DNA of 64,000 nt from NCBI GenBank assembly GCA_043228905.1, contig JBHGNT010000009.1, positions 2,542,001-2,606,000 on the forward strand, read 5' to 3'. Positions 8,985-22,165 of the stretch are shown piece after piece. Every line of letters starts with the position of its first letter. Within the stretch, counting starts at the first letter, position 1. Both the position numbers and the translations under genes were made by a program. Source of the DNA: Azolla caroliniana (taxonomy: Eukaryota > Plantae > Polypodiophyta). The notes under the pieces are model-generated. The model did no database searches and had not been told where the DNA came from. It was given only the letters and a program-made list of their open reading frames with translations.

Positions 8985-11900
8985 CAACCATATACCCATA
9001 ACTTCCAATGGGGTTCCACCTTAGCAACATCCAGGTCTGTCTTCCAGATGTTACCAACCTGCGCCACCACGCGGATTGGGTGCCAAGAGCCCCTACTCTG
9101 ACTCACGCCCTTCAGCGCCTTAACCCTTCCAGCCTCATCAAAGAGACCGAACCAAGCATCTTCTCTCACCTCATGGCTCCCTTGAGGGCAAGGACTGGGA
9201 CCTCCTGGGCTCCTCCTAAATCCACCATGCATCTCCAATCATCTAAAGAGTGAAGCCCTATTTGCGCCAGCTTTCCCCATGTTAGGCCCTTAACCTGGCC
9301 TAACATCATGTCGTCACTTGTTCGCACCTGAGGGTTCCAAAATAATGGTTGTCTAGACCACTCAATTAGTGTCTCCGGCGCGTGTTTGACCAAATGATGT
9401 CGTACGTGACACCATGCCCGCAAGATGGAGTTCGTGACCCTCTCCTCCGAAAGACAAGCCATCTTGGGTTGGACTCCGCTCATGCAACACCAATTCAAGG
9501 AGTCAGGCCAAGGCCTACCATATTTGGAAGTCCCTGCCTGCAACCTATTGCGAAGTAGAACCTTCCAACACCCCTTACCTGGCAGGAGGCAACAAACCAC
9601 CATTTTGGCTAGCAATGCTCGGCTCTGCATTAAGGGGTCTATGAGGCCAAGCCCCCCTTTGGCCCACTGTTGAGTTAACCAATGCCATGATACTCTGGCA
9701 GCAGCCATTGGGTTGTCCTTACCTAACCATATAAACCCCCTGATGGCAACCTTAATCGCGTGCAAGCCTAAAGGGTCCATAATCCAGCACGAGACTGAGT
9801 GCCACATGGTGGCGAGCATCACTTGGTTCGCAATAAGAACCCTACCAGCGAATGATAGTTTAGACATGCTCCATTAGTTCAACTGCTTGCTTAGTTTGGC
9901 TTGCAAATGGGACAATTGCGCTCCCTTGGGGTTTGCCCTCCCCATCGTAAATCCAAGGTACTTGAATGTCATGCAAAATCAGCATGGGGATGCCACCTTG
10001 GCTTCTCTTGTTGGGTTTTATGCCAATTGATCTTGGCACTAGCAGCCTGACAAAAGTCTTCAACAAGATGTTCAACTCGCTGCAAATTTGCATCATCGCC
10101 CTACAAGAAAAGGACCATATCGTCAGCATATTCAGATAACAAAAGATCCTCAGTTACATTGGGGATGGCAATCCCCTCAGTCCGCTGCTTGGTGCTTGTA
10201 AGTAGGCCGAGAAAGCCTCGATTACAAATAGATAAAGATATGGGGCTAGGGGACAACCTTGCCTCACTCAGCGATGTAGTTGGAAGGCAGGGCCCCTAGC
10301 ACCAGATACCAACACGCTACTGGTAGCAGTTCGATAGAGTGCAGAAGTGCAATTCCTCCATTGCGGGGTAAGACCCATAGCTCTCATCACTCTTTCCAAA
10401 AAGGGCCATAACACCCTGTCGTAGGCCTTCTCAAAGTCTAACATCAGAATAACCGAGCTCGATGCGGTGCGATCTGCCAATACCATAACTTCCCAGAGAA
10501 GCAACACATTATCAAAGATACACCTACCCCTAATAAACCCTGTTTGATTCTCATGTATGATGTCCGGTAGGAAGCTTGCTATCCACCTAACTAGGACTTT
10601 TGTGAGTATCTTGTATATCGTGTTAAGGATCGTGATTGGACACCATTGGTGTAGCTCAAGGCTTTGCCCTTCCGCTTTAGGGATGAGATACATCATCCCC
10701 TCCGCCAGGCCAGTTGGCATCGCTCCTAAGGACCAAATCTCCTGAATTCCAGCTTCCACTAATGGGATAACAGTTTCCCAATTAATCTCAAAAAAATCTC
10801 GTGAGAGACCATTAGGGCCAAGGCATGCTCCTCTCCGCAAATCCCTAAGTGCCTCCGAGAGTTCTAATCGAGAAATGGGGCTATCGAGCACAACTTCCAT
10901 CTCATGGGTGACCTTGGGGTGAATGCAAGCCATCACTCTCTTAGCCAGCTCCGTGTTTTGCCGCATATGCATAGGTGCGAGCAGGTCGCGATAGTATTGT
11001 GTAGCCATATGAAAAATCTCATCCTTGTCCTTCGTTATTGAGCCATCTGGTCTACGCATCCCTTGTATATGTCCACCACCACCCTTGGGTGCCCTGGAGT
11101 GAAAGAAATGACGGTTGACCTTGTCGTCTGTTCTAGCCCACCATGCATGCGGTTCTTCTCCAACGTCCTTTCCCGCAACTTCAACTTTGCTTCCTCCAGC
11201 TTAGCTCTAGACCAATTGCAGCTAGGGTCTGCTTGTAGCAATCGTTGCCCCGCCACAACAGACTTTCGTAATTTTGTTTCAATGGCTCTAGCCTACTGGA
11301 GGGCCAGCTTGGTTTCCTATTGTAAAAAGGAGGAGGAGAGGGCCAGTTTCTTCTGCAAATCCTCACTGGCCGATTCACTTACAATGGTCTCCCTCCATAT
11401 GCTATGTAACCTTGCTTTCACCTTTGCACTCTTCATGATCTTTGTGGGGATTTTCACAGTGAGAATCCCCTTGCTAACGCAGGGTGGGTTAAGGTCTAGT
11501 CTCATCGGCAGGTGATCCGAGAAGGTAAGACTTGCCAAGATAGCGAAGGAACCCCCCAGCTCTTCGAGGGACGAGCTGACGTATATGTGGTCTAATCGTG
11601 CAAGACTACCACCCCTAGCACTCACAACAGCTCGGGAGAAGTGTAGCGAATGTCAGTATCTCCTAAGGGAAGAGCCCCATGTATCCTTCACCCCAATTTT
11701 CCCAATTAGGAAAGCTCATGAGTCCAACTCCGCACCATGAAGCGGTCTTTGGGTCCCCCCTTTCCTATCTCCTAGATGCTCTCTCAGGGGAAGAGTTAGG
11801 GACATAAATCTTTAGCACCCCAATCTGAAGGTGATTCCACTCCAACAACACATATAAGGCTCTACCCGCCACCAGCGCGCCATGTGATGTTACTTCGTAA

Positions 11901-13225
11901 TGGGCATGATCGCTAATCGAGATGCAGACCCCTCCTCTTTGGTGGAGGTCACCCTGTGCAGCCGACCACCACGTGGTCCATCTGCCCGACAAGGGGTTTA
12001 CTAGGCTCTAAGTTCTCTCTTGAGAGAGGTGGTGTTCCTGCAAAAGCAATATGTCAATGTGGCCTTGGTGGTGGCCGGCAACAACATGAGTGCAAAAGAC
12101 TTCGGGAGGAGTTGAATCCCCTTAATATAGGGGGCCCTGCACATTCCACGTTAGGATCCTCATCTGAAGGCGGTGAGGTTGACGCCCATGTCGGGGCCGA
12201 CCCCCATGTCAGGGGGCAAACTATCATCTACTTCTAGGGGTAGGGACTCCACAGTAGATTGGAGAGCCCCTAAGGATTCCCAGCCTGTCGTTCCCGACCC
12301 GCTTCAAGTAGTTCCCGCGATACATTTTGGCTCCTAAGCGGTTGCATATCCTGCACCCCTCTACCCTAGAGAGACGTCGCAAAACCAGGTGATGGGCTGC
12401 CTATTTTGCTCTTGATTGTGCCCGTCTGGATCCACGACTTCACTACTCTGAGGTCACCACCACATTCACGTTCCATCTTGAGGGGGGCCTTTGACAACAT
12501 CTCCTCTGGGGTGGAAGGTACCTGTTGTGGTTGCATCTCCATCGGGGTGGAGAACACGAGTTTGGGGGACAAGGATTCGCAGGGGGACATCATTGCTACC
12601 AACGCTTCTGGGTAGCCATCCCCTAGCCCTTGGAGCAATGTGAAATTGTTGGACGTTCTCATCTGTAGGTTGTGCGCCTCCGCACTCCCCGAGCGAATCT
12701 TCATCCGTTTCAAGGGTTGTTCGTCCACACTTGCTGGTGACAAGGTAGGAGAACTTCTTTCTACAGGACAGTCTTGAAAGAGGGGGGGAGAGGCTGCACC
12801 TAGGCTTCAAAGTTTCCCCTGCTTCTTAACGAGGTGCCAAGGATCCTCGCTACCCTTGGGTGGCTCGGCCTTCCCTAAGGGTCGAGAGCCCGAGCTTCCC
12901 TTTCCAATCTTACGAGGACATTCCTTAGCTAGGTGCCCTTTTTGTTTGCAGATGAAACACTGGCCAGGGAGTCCCTCATATACCACATTCACCATTGTGA
13001 GACCTAGCTCCTCAGAGTAGAGCCTAATTCTAGTTGGAAGTCCATGGAGGGAAGGCACTAAGATGCGTAGCTTGGGCATCTCCGCTACTGTATCTGCCAT
13101 GGACATTTTTTTAGGGCAAATCGTCCTTATTTGTTCGCCAAAAAAAGGAAGCAGATGGCACAAGTGGGGAGGGTATGGGTTTGGAGAGAGGGATGCCCAC
13201 TCTTTGAACCGTGGGTTTGGCACGA
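8985..13225 (-). mobile_element. Decayed L1-clade LINE (ORF1 and ORF2 fragments)
   Basis: ORF1 zinc knuckle CFICKQKGHLAKEC; APE motifs ARLDHIYVS and FSDHLP; RT motifs PITILNTIYKILTK, LDFEKAYDRV, QGCPLAPYLF, YADD (10130-10119); LSFAGRVLIANQV. Many frameshifts and stops; 3' end cut by the copia LTR at 8984. Confidence 0.9.
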
Positions 13226-14199
13226 ATCAGCTCCGGCTCCTGCACTCTGCGTGATTCAGTCTGCTCTTGCTCCTGCACTCGCTTCGTTCTACTGTGTGGT
13301 GGCCGCTAACTCTTAATGAGCAGAATGGTCTTCATTTTGTTGCACTCTTCCCCGGAGGCTCCTGCCTCCGCTGCTTCGATGCTTGCTACACTCTTCCCTG
13401 GAGGCCGCTGCCACCACTGCTCTGATGTCTACTTCCGTCCGTTGCTCCTAAACCTAAACTTATTTACCATAATGCCACCATATACCTATTTTGACCAATT
13501 TATACCACTTTTATTTTTCAAAATACATCATAAATCAAACTAAATTATCAATATTATATTATATATCAAAAATTTCAATTGAAAGGTCACCTTTAATCCA
13601 ATTCTATAAATTTACACCAAGTTATACTGGCTTAATCCTATAAAACCAAAATTGTGATTGAAGTGACCAAAACTTAATCTTAAAACCAAAACATTTGATC
13701 GCACACCAAATTTTACCATTGGGATGCCATTTTGAAGCCAAAATCCATGAATTTGCGGATTCACAAACAATTTGCGGCCAAAATGTTAAACCAAATCTCA
13801 CGAAAAACTTTGCTACCAAAATGTCATTTTAAACGAAATCTCACATAACACTTTGCTATTAAAAGGCCATCTTAAACCACATATCATGATTTTACACTAA
13901 ATTTTGTTAGCAAAATGCAATCACAACTAAATCTCCTCAATCTCATCAATTTCAAAAATACTTGCAAACCAAAATTAATTATCGAAATGTAATAATTACA
14001 TGTTAATTTTGATCCGTCTACAAAAAGTGTAATTCCAAAAATATCCACAAAATCAAATATATCTATCGACTCAACAAAATATCTAATAATGCACAAGGTA
14101 ACCCCATATCCTGATGATGAAGACGATTGATCAACCCAATGAACAAGAAAGAAAAGAAAGACTACATTGTTGGGTACAAAGGACCCAAATAATCGCGTA

Positions 14200-14374
14200 G
14201 GTAAAGAAATTTGTGTTTGAAGGGTATTTTGGTAAATAGGGCTTGTAGATTTCAATGTATAATTACTTTATAAAGTGTATTTTTTTGGACATAGGGGTAG
14301 TTTGGTAAATTTGGAACTTCTAGGGGCATTCTAGTAAATAGACGAACTTCCAGGGGTATCCTAGTACTTTTCCC
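14200..14374. mobile_element. Possible Mutator-like terminal inverted repeat end
   Basis: Ends ...GTACTTTTCCC (reverse complement GGGAAAAGTAC) with four subterminal AGGGGYA(N)5GTAAAT-like motifs. Partner end not found in the window. Confidence 0.35.
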
Positions 14375-14927
14375 TTTTAATATTTGCCCACTAAATATTA
14401 GCTAAAACAATAGCTAACTAGCTATGTCATTTTAGCTACATGTTAGCTATATTAGTGTTTCTATGCCCATACTTTCACTCATTTTCCTTCGTAAAAGCAT
14501 ATTAAACTTTTAAGTAGTCTTAATTCATGTTTTCTTTTTGCAAATGAAAGAATATTAGTGATGTTTTGCATAGATGCTTGGCGATGCTTGTCATTTTCAT
14601 GAGCAAACACACGTAATGGAGTTTTGTACAATTCACATCATAAGGTAAATTTTGAATGAAGTGCACCATAAAATAGTAGTTATAGTAATCGGAAATAACT
14701 CTTTAGTTCTTAGCAAGACTTTGTAAAGTTAATTGATATTTAATCAATATTACGAAAAAATTCTTAATCTTAAACATTTAACCAGTTTAGGTTGTAGTTT
14801 AAAACTAGTACCCCAAAACAATAAGCTAGAAGGTTGAAACCAAACCGTTGACCCCAGGTCTGATCGAACAATATACAAATTTTCAAATCTAGAACAAACT
14901 GAACCTTTGCCAATTGCTAGTTCCAAC

Positions 14928-16487
14928 CTACAACTTATATAGTTCGATGACATTACATTCATTTAGCTTGCATTTTACTTCAAACCGAGCAAAACCAGCA
15001 GCTTTAGCAAGATACTCCATATCCTCTTCGGTGCGTTCTCTACCTCCAGGATTGTAGGCAAACATTAGAAGGTCTAAATGGTAACCAACACGAGCTCTCA
15101 AGTCACTTTCAATGCCTATGGGTAATGTTGCATCAATGATGATGACTTTTCCATTATTCGGGAGTGCTTTATGACAATTCTCTAATATCTTCATGCAATG
15201 TCCATCGCTCCAATCATGCAAAATCCACTACACAATGTAAAATATAATTAGTTTCTCACAAAGCAATCTAGACATAAATAAATAATAAACTTACATAAAT
15301 TTATTGGTACCATTAAGTTTGTGAATATTTTGAGTCTTGGAATATGGTGATTCAAGTGAGGATATATAATGACATTCTATTGTATATTTTATTATACATG
15401 TTATTGTTAGATGCATTCTCATTATTTTTAGGAAGCATGTTACATTACCATGTTTTTTGAGTTATTGTTCTTAAGAATGCATGAAATTATACATATTAGA
15501 TAAGCAAGAGCTTTTAACCTTCATGAAAATTGCATCAGCTTGAGGAATGTCGATAAACATATCACCAGCTACATGCTCAATTCCTATTTAGACTTAAAAC
15601 CAAGGAGAAGTAAAAAACATAAAATGAAACATATAAACATTGCTTATTATGAATTAATTCTTCACCAAATTTGAAATTCATTATATCATAAATTAGATAT
15701 GCTTGCCACAATTGCCTACCTGAATATTTTGGCGCTAGAGAAATGACATGTGGTTGGTCAAAGTTGATTCCACGAATGTGGGGAAAGCGAGAGATGATCA
15801 TATGAAGCGATGATCCAAGGCCACCACCAACATCAACAAGTACATTTATATCATTGAAACAAGTGGGATAAGAGTTGAGGAGGGCACCAATGAGGAGAGC
15901 ACTATGGTTGGCCATAGTAGAGTTGAAGAGGGAATCGAAACGTGGGTTGAGTTGGCCATATTCAAAAGCATCTAGACCATTGTGGGCCTTCTTGAAGGGT
16001 TGGCCACCATCAAGGACAGCCTCATGTAAGAATTGCCAAGTTTCCATAAAGACAGAGTCTTGGTTCATGAGAACCATAGGTGCCAAAGAGTGTTCCTTGT
16101 TAACAAAATATTGGCTAACCAAGTTGAGTCCATACTTTCTAGTTTGGTGCTTATTGAAAGTATCATAATCAATTTTTGCATGAACTACACCATGACTCGC
16201 GACCACTCTCAAAATTCGATCCAATGCTATTGACACTCTCGTCTTGGCATCTGGTGATACATTCATTCTTGACACTATTTCTTCCGTTGAATACAACCCT
16301 CCCTCAATACCATCTATCTCCATATCTGCATTTGCCATGACATCGAACACTTTTAATTTTATGAGTGTTTTTAAGCCCATTGGCAAACAACACAATGAGG
16401 CCAATTCAAATGCCTTCAACCATGCTTGATCTTCAACTCCTCCTTCACACTTCATCTCATGCATCAACTCCTCAACAATTTCACCCA

Positions 16488-16488
<1 letters not shown>
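14928..16488 (-). CDS. Caffeic acid O-methyltransferase-family (class II, SAM-dependent) OMT, copy 1, ~377 aa; exons 16488-15720, 15583-15519, 15227-14928
   Basis: Dimerisation domain plus LVDVGGGLG, GINFDQPHV, EHVAGDMF, ADAIFMK|WILHDW and GGRERT motifs. GT-AG introns give an open frame of 1134 nt. Confidence 0.93.
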
Positions 16489-16535
<47 letters not shown>

Positions 16536-16829
16536 GTTCTTATATATCCCCATCCCACTCATTTCTATGACTATTTATTATAGGGTTTAGTGTTATACAT
16601 TGAATCACAATTCACCCTCTCCCACTATTCATTATCCCTTATTTTCTATGTCATTAGAATACATTACATGTAGGTAATAGAGATGCAAATGTTCAACAAA
16701 AGAACAACCATCACATGGTAAAGTTTCACTCCACTATGATAATCTACATTCTTTAAATAAAGTGTCACCACTCTCATTTTGTAAAACACGGCTACTTTTC
16801 TTTGCTGAAATAATAAGGTATTGTGTCTC

Positions 16830-19800
16830 AATGATTTTGGATCAGTAGTGGAGGACAACCAAATGACAAACTAAAGGCCACTAACAACATAGAAATTGGA
16901 GAGTGAAGCATAAATAATTTCAGAATCAAGTTCAAGGAGACTTACGCTTAAGATATGGATTAGACAATAACTATAATTTGGAGAATGCCATATATGTAAT
17001 ACGGGAATAAATGTTGATAGAGAATATAAGATGTGCCTAAAATAGGAATAGATATAGACATAAAGAAAAGCAACAACATGTGTGAAGGAAAAAAAACAAC
17101 GAGAGAAGATAAGCAATGCCAAGAGTGGAAGGCATTATTTTAACTCTTGTTGCATTAGTTTTGGAGGATGAACGTTAAGTATAAAAAGGGGGCGTTGTGT
17201 CCAACAAGGAAAGAGGAAGAAGACAAGCCAATCACATGTTTTTTGGGAGGTTGGATGTGGATGTGGATGTAATGTGATGACATTATAGAAGTATCGGTTT
17301 CTTTTACAAGTGTTGTGCGCCATCAATCATCTATTGGTCAAGGTGATACTTGAAAGCATTGAGTATTTGCACATAAAAAAGCAAGCTTGGTTGATGGAGA
17401 ATGGAGTTAGTGAAGCTTGACATTGAAATCAGTTGATGTCAGCGTTTAACCTATTTCGTTCCTATCAAAGGCTAGGAGAATACAAGTCGGATGTCATTTG
17501 TTTCTTTCTTTTCCTCTGATTAAAATCTATATTCTCGTCTTGTTTTCCCCATATTTTTTTCAAAGAATGTGTGGTAAAGACCAAAACTTGAGACCTCTTT
17601 CCTAATCATTTTGAGTCATTTCACTTGTAATAAGTCTTGTCGATGAGCATTAAACTTCTAAAATCTATCTTCTTGTCTTGTTTTCCCGTGATTTTTTCAA
17701 GGTGTGGTGAAGACTAGAATTTGAAACCTCTCACCTAATCATTCTGAGTCATTTCACTTGTAATATATATCTTGGCCAAAACCAATTAAGCCAAAACCGA
17801 ACCTTTATCGATTCCTACTTGAGACCTCTTGCCTAACCGTTCGAAGTCATTTCACTTTGTAATAAGTTTCGTTGACGACCATTAAACTTCGTACTATTTG
17901 GTTGTGGGTGGTTTGGTTCTCAAAATCAAGGCAAGGACTATCTTGCGCTTTGCATCCTCACTCAAGTTTCTAACCTTACAAATTGCTCAAAAATCGTACT
18001 CACATGGGCTAGGATTAAGACGGGGAGGGATTGATAAAACAATCACTCAAGCAAAGCATACAATTGCTCCTCCTGGAGTTTGACGCTATATGGGCGAGGA
18101 TTAAGAGGGGGCAAAATTGATAATACAATCACTCAAGCAATTATGCATATATGATTGCTCCTCAGGGAATTTGATGACGGTATACATATATGGAGTGAAG
18201 GGGATGAATGGCCGTACGATTGCTCGAGTAGTGGACATATGGCAACACATCATCTAATTGCTCCGCCCGGAGTTTGGAACACTATATGTGGCGCAATGCC
18301 GGGAGACAATTATACATAGACCATGTTTAGTCTTTACATGTCCCTGTAAAAAACAAAGTTAGTTAGAACCAACTTGTCTTGGTGGTGGTGGTGGTGGTGG
18401 GAACTCTGTATTGGAGGTAAAAAGAACAGAGCCTATGAATTCTCAGAGTGTCTACGACCAACGAACGCGTACTTGTAACAATACATATTCCTCTGTGAAG
18501 ATTTGTCCATCTCCATTATGGTAAGCTCACATTCAGTCCCTTTTTAATGTATTCCTTTTTCTTTATAAAGCATGGCTTAATTAGCTTCTTTGTGTTGCTT
18601 ATGATCAAAAACATGTTAGGGTTTTGGCTTGTCCTCCTTCCCTGTCTAAATTCCCATGATTTTTAAGTATGTATAAATGTCTATGCATTTATGTATGTGT
18701 CTCTGCCTCTGTGTGTCTGTATGCATTGCATGCATTACATATGTTAATAGTCTGTATTTTATGTTATGTATGTCTATGTTAAAAGCTACGAGTTCTTACA
18801 GATAATGATGTCGATGCTCAACGGCACATACTGCTCTCAACTCTTGAACTTTTAGATGATGCAAGAACTTTAGCAGATCAGAAGGTGAGTTTCTGTTTTT
18901 GAGGTCTTTCCTTTATCTAATCATGCATTGCGTGACCAGATTTAATGTATGAACTTAAAATACTTTGACTCGCAAATTTGTTAGATCTTTTTCAAAAATA
19001 TGGAACTGGCTTGCTCTTTTCAATATCATTTATGAATTTCCTCATTAGGGAATGGGCCAGTTTTCGGTTATGGTTAGAAAATGACAGTCAACTTTAAATG
19101 ATTATGCCACTGAAGTCAAGGCATTCTTCAATCAATCAAAACAATGACCTTTTTCTTGTGAAGTTATCAGTGGCTTTAGGCGTCAATAAAACTTCTAGAC
19201 ATAGCTAATCTTTTAGAGTAACTATGTCCCTATATAAGCCACCAAAAATGATGATGATATAAGACTTGTTTTAGTGCTACCAATAGTGGTTAATTTCTCT
19301 TTCACAAGTCTTATAATAAGTTATGTGATGTGTGCTACCAATAGTGGTTAATTTCTCTTTCACAAGTCTTATAATGCGTTATGTGATGTGCATAATATTT
19401 TACAGTAGAAACATACAAAAAGGTCATTCCCATATTTTCTGATGAGGAATTTACTCAAAGCTTTGGACAGACACTGTGAAGACCCCCAAACACTTGATCC
19501 ATAGATCACCCATGAAATCCTTTGATAGTAGCATTCTTGGTAAGTTATGGAGTTGCTAGAAGATCCTCTAGTTGTGATCACTTAGGTGTTTTTGAATATG
19601 GTACTTGATTTGAACCTAATAAATGTATCCTCCTTCGATATAACTTGAAATGCATGATGGGATGGGCAATCAATTATGGGATCATGAAGCCAAGAAGATA
19701 ATATGTAGCCATATCAATGTTGTTTCCAATGAGAAGATTATGAACAAGTTGTAGAAAATGTGGTGAATTATTTTCTGCGATTCATCCCTCATCTTACTAT

Positions 19801-19990
19801 TGGTAAGATGACAAGGGGCTTGAGCATCACATGATGCTCCATTTAGGATCAACCTTCCCACGGATTCATCTCATCTCGAGATTGGAGCACATGATTATCA
19901 TTTTATTCTAAATAAATTGCTCAGCGATAAGACCCACATTGTCATGGATTGTCATGGAAGTGGGATGTTGTTGGGATAGACATAAATATG
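16830..19990 (+). repeat. Segmental duplication copy A (direct paralog of 22425-27430, with internal deletions)
   Basis: Collinear similarity: ATGATTTTGGATCA..AGTGGAGGAC (~16831 vs ~22426), CCAAAACCAATTAAGCCAAAACCGAAC (~17776 vs ~23050), 18400-18720 vs 23660-23990, and 19000-19990 vs 26550-27430. Confidence 0.85.
18518..18884 (+). pseudogene. Truncated Elongin B-like pseudocopy
   Basis: Keeps ATG|GTAAG exon 1 (18518-18520) and the 3' half of exon 2 (KLRVLTDNDVDAQRHILLSTLELLDDARTLADQK|GT). The exon 2 acceptor and 5' half, and exons 3-4, are deleted. Confidence 0.8.
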
Positions 19991-20345
19991 TATTTGTCAA
20001 TTAGATTCGATATGACAATCCTAGAGCCCAACGACTTTTCTTTGCTGAAAAAAAAAAAAAAAAGGTTGACTTCAAAAAAGGAAAGTTGCTGTTTTTTACA
20101 AAATGAGAGTAATAAAATTTAGCTAAAGAATGTATATTATAATAGTGGTGGTTGGGCTTTTGGTGAATAATTGCATGATTCTCTATTAGCTATACATGAT
20201 GTATTCTCATGACATAAAAAATAAGGGATAAGAACGACTACCGGAAGAGGATGAATCATGAAATGTATAACAGTTTTGTTATACTAAATCATCATGGATA
20301 TAATAGATTTAGGGCTATATAAGAATTTTGAGAGAGAGAGAGAGG

Positions 20346-21898
20346 ATGAGTGAAATTGTTGAGGTGTCGACGCGTGAGATGAAGTGTGAAGGAGTGGAAG
20401 ATCAAGCATGGTTGAGGGCATTTGAATTGGCCTCATTGTGTTGTTTGCCAATGGGCTTAAAAACACTCATAAAATTAGAAGTGTTCGATGTCATGGCAAA
20501 TGCGGATATAGAGAAGGATGGTACAGAGCGAGGTTTGTATTCAACGGAAGAAATAGTATCACGAATGAATGTATCACCAGATGCCAAGATGAGAGTGTCC
20601 ATAGCAGTAGATAGAATTTTGAGGGTTGTCGCAAGTCATGGTGTAGTTGATGCAAAAGTTGACCATGATACCTTCACTAAGCACCCAATTAGAAAGTATG
20701 GACTCAACTCAGTTAGCCAATATTTTGTCAACAAGGAGCACTCTTTGGCACCCATGGTTCTCATGCACCAAGACTCTGTCTTTATGGAAACCTGGCAATT
20801 CTTACATGAGGCTGTCCTTGATGGTGGCCAACCCTTCAAGAAAGCCCACAATGGTCTAGATGCTTTTGAATATGGCCAACTCAACCCACGTTTCGATTCC
20901 CTCTTCAACTCTACTATGGCCAACCATAGTGCTCTCCTCATTGGTGCTCTCCTCAACTCTTATCCCACTTGTTTCAATGATATAAATGTACTTGTTGATG
21001 TTGGTGGTGGCCTTGGATCATCACTTCATATGATCATCTCTCGCTTTCCCCACATTCGTGGAATCAACTTTGACCAACCACATGTCATTTCTCTAGCGCC
21101 AAAATATTTAGGTAGGCAATTGTGGCAAGCATATCTAATTTATGATATAATGAATTTCAAATTTGGTGTAGATTTCGTAATAAGAAATGTTCATATATTT
21201 CATTTTACGATTTTTACTTCTCCTTGGTTTTGAGTCTAAATAGGAATCGAGCATGTAGCTGGTGATATGTTTATTGACATTCCTCAAGCTGATGCAATTT
21301 TCATGAAGGTTAAAATTCCGTGCTTATCTATATGTATAATTCAATGCATTCTTGAGAACAATAACTCAAAAAACATGGCAATGTAACACTCTTGCTAAAA
21401 ACAATGAGAATGCATCCAACAAAATAACTTTTTAATAAAATACAATAGAATGGCATTATATATCCTCCCTCAAATCATCACAATACTAAGACTCAAAATA
21501 TTCACAAACTTAATGGTACCAATAAATTTACGTAAGTTTATTATTCTTTTATGTCTAAATTGATTTGTGAGAAACTAATTATATTTCACATTGTGTAGTG
21601 GATTTTGCATGATTGGAGTGATGGACATTGCATGAAGATATTAGAGAATTGTTATAAAGCACTCCCGAATAATGGAAAAGTCATCATCATTGATGCAATA
21701 TTACCCATAGGTATTGAAAGTGACTTGAGAACTCGTGTTGGTTACCATCTGGACCTTCTTATGTTTGCCTACAACCCTGGAGGTAGAGAACGCACCCAAG
21801 AGGATATGGAGAATCTTGCTAATGCTGCTGGTTTTGCTCGTCTTGAAGTAAAATGCAAGCTAAATGAACTTTGTTTCATTGAACTATATAAGTTGTAG
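20346..21898 (+). CDS. COMT-family O-methyltransferase, copy 2, ~376 aa; exons 20346-21111, 21244-21308, 21599-21898
   Basis: Inverted paralog of 14928-16488 with the same motifs and intron positions; spliced length 1131 nt in frame. Confidence 0.93.
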
Positions 21899-22165
21899 GT
21901 TGGAACTAGCAATGGACAACGGTTCGGTTTGGTCTAGCTTTGAAATTTTGTATATTGTTTGATTTGTCTTGGGGTGCAAGGGTTCAATTTGAACCTCTAT
22001 TGGTTTAATGTGTTGGGGCATTGATTTTAAACCATGGCGTAAACTGAGTAAATGGCTTAACAATTTAAGGTTAAGACATTTTTATAATATTTATGAAATA
22101 TAAATTACCTTTACAAAGTTTTAGCTAAGAACAAAAGAGTTATAGCCTATTGCTATAATAAATTA

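Noticed and set aside
15577-15719. C-terminal tails of the ORF-track OMT proteins (also 21112-21233) and of ORF 24593-24838
   Set aside because: These are read-through into introns; the spliced models restore the family motifs.
17980-18320. CRISPR-like array (also 58130-58442 and 63272-63462)
   Set aside because: Eukaryotic context, degenerate repeats, no unique spacers of constant length and no cas genes.
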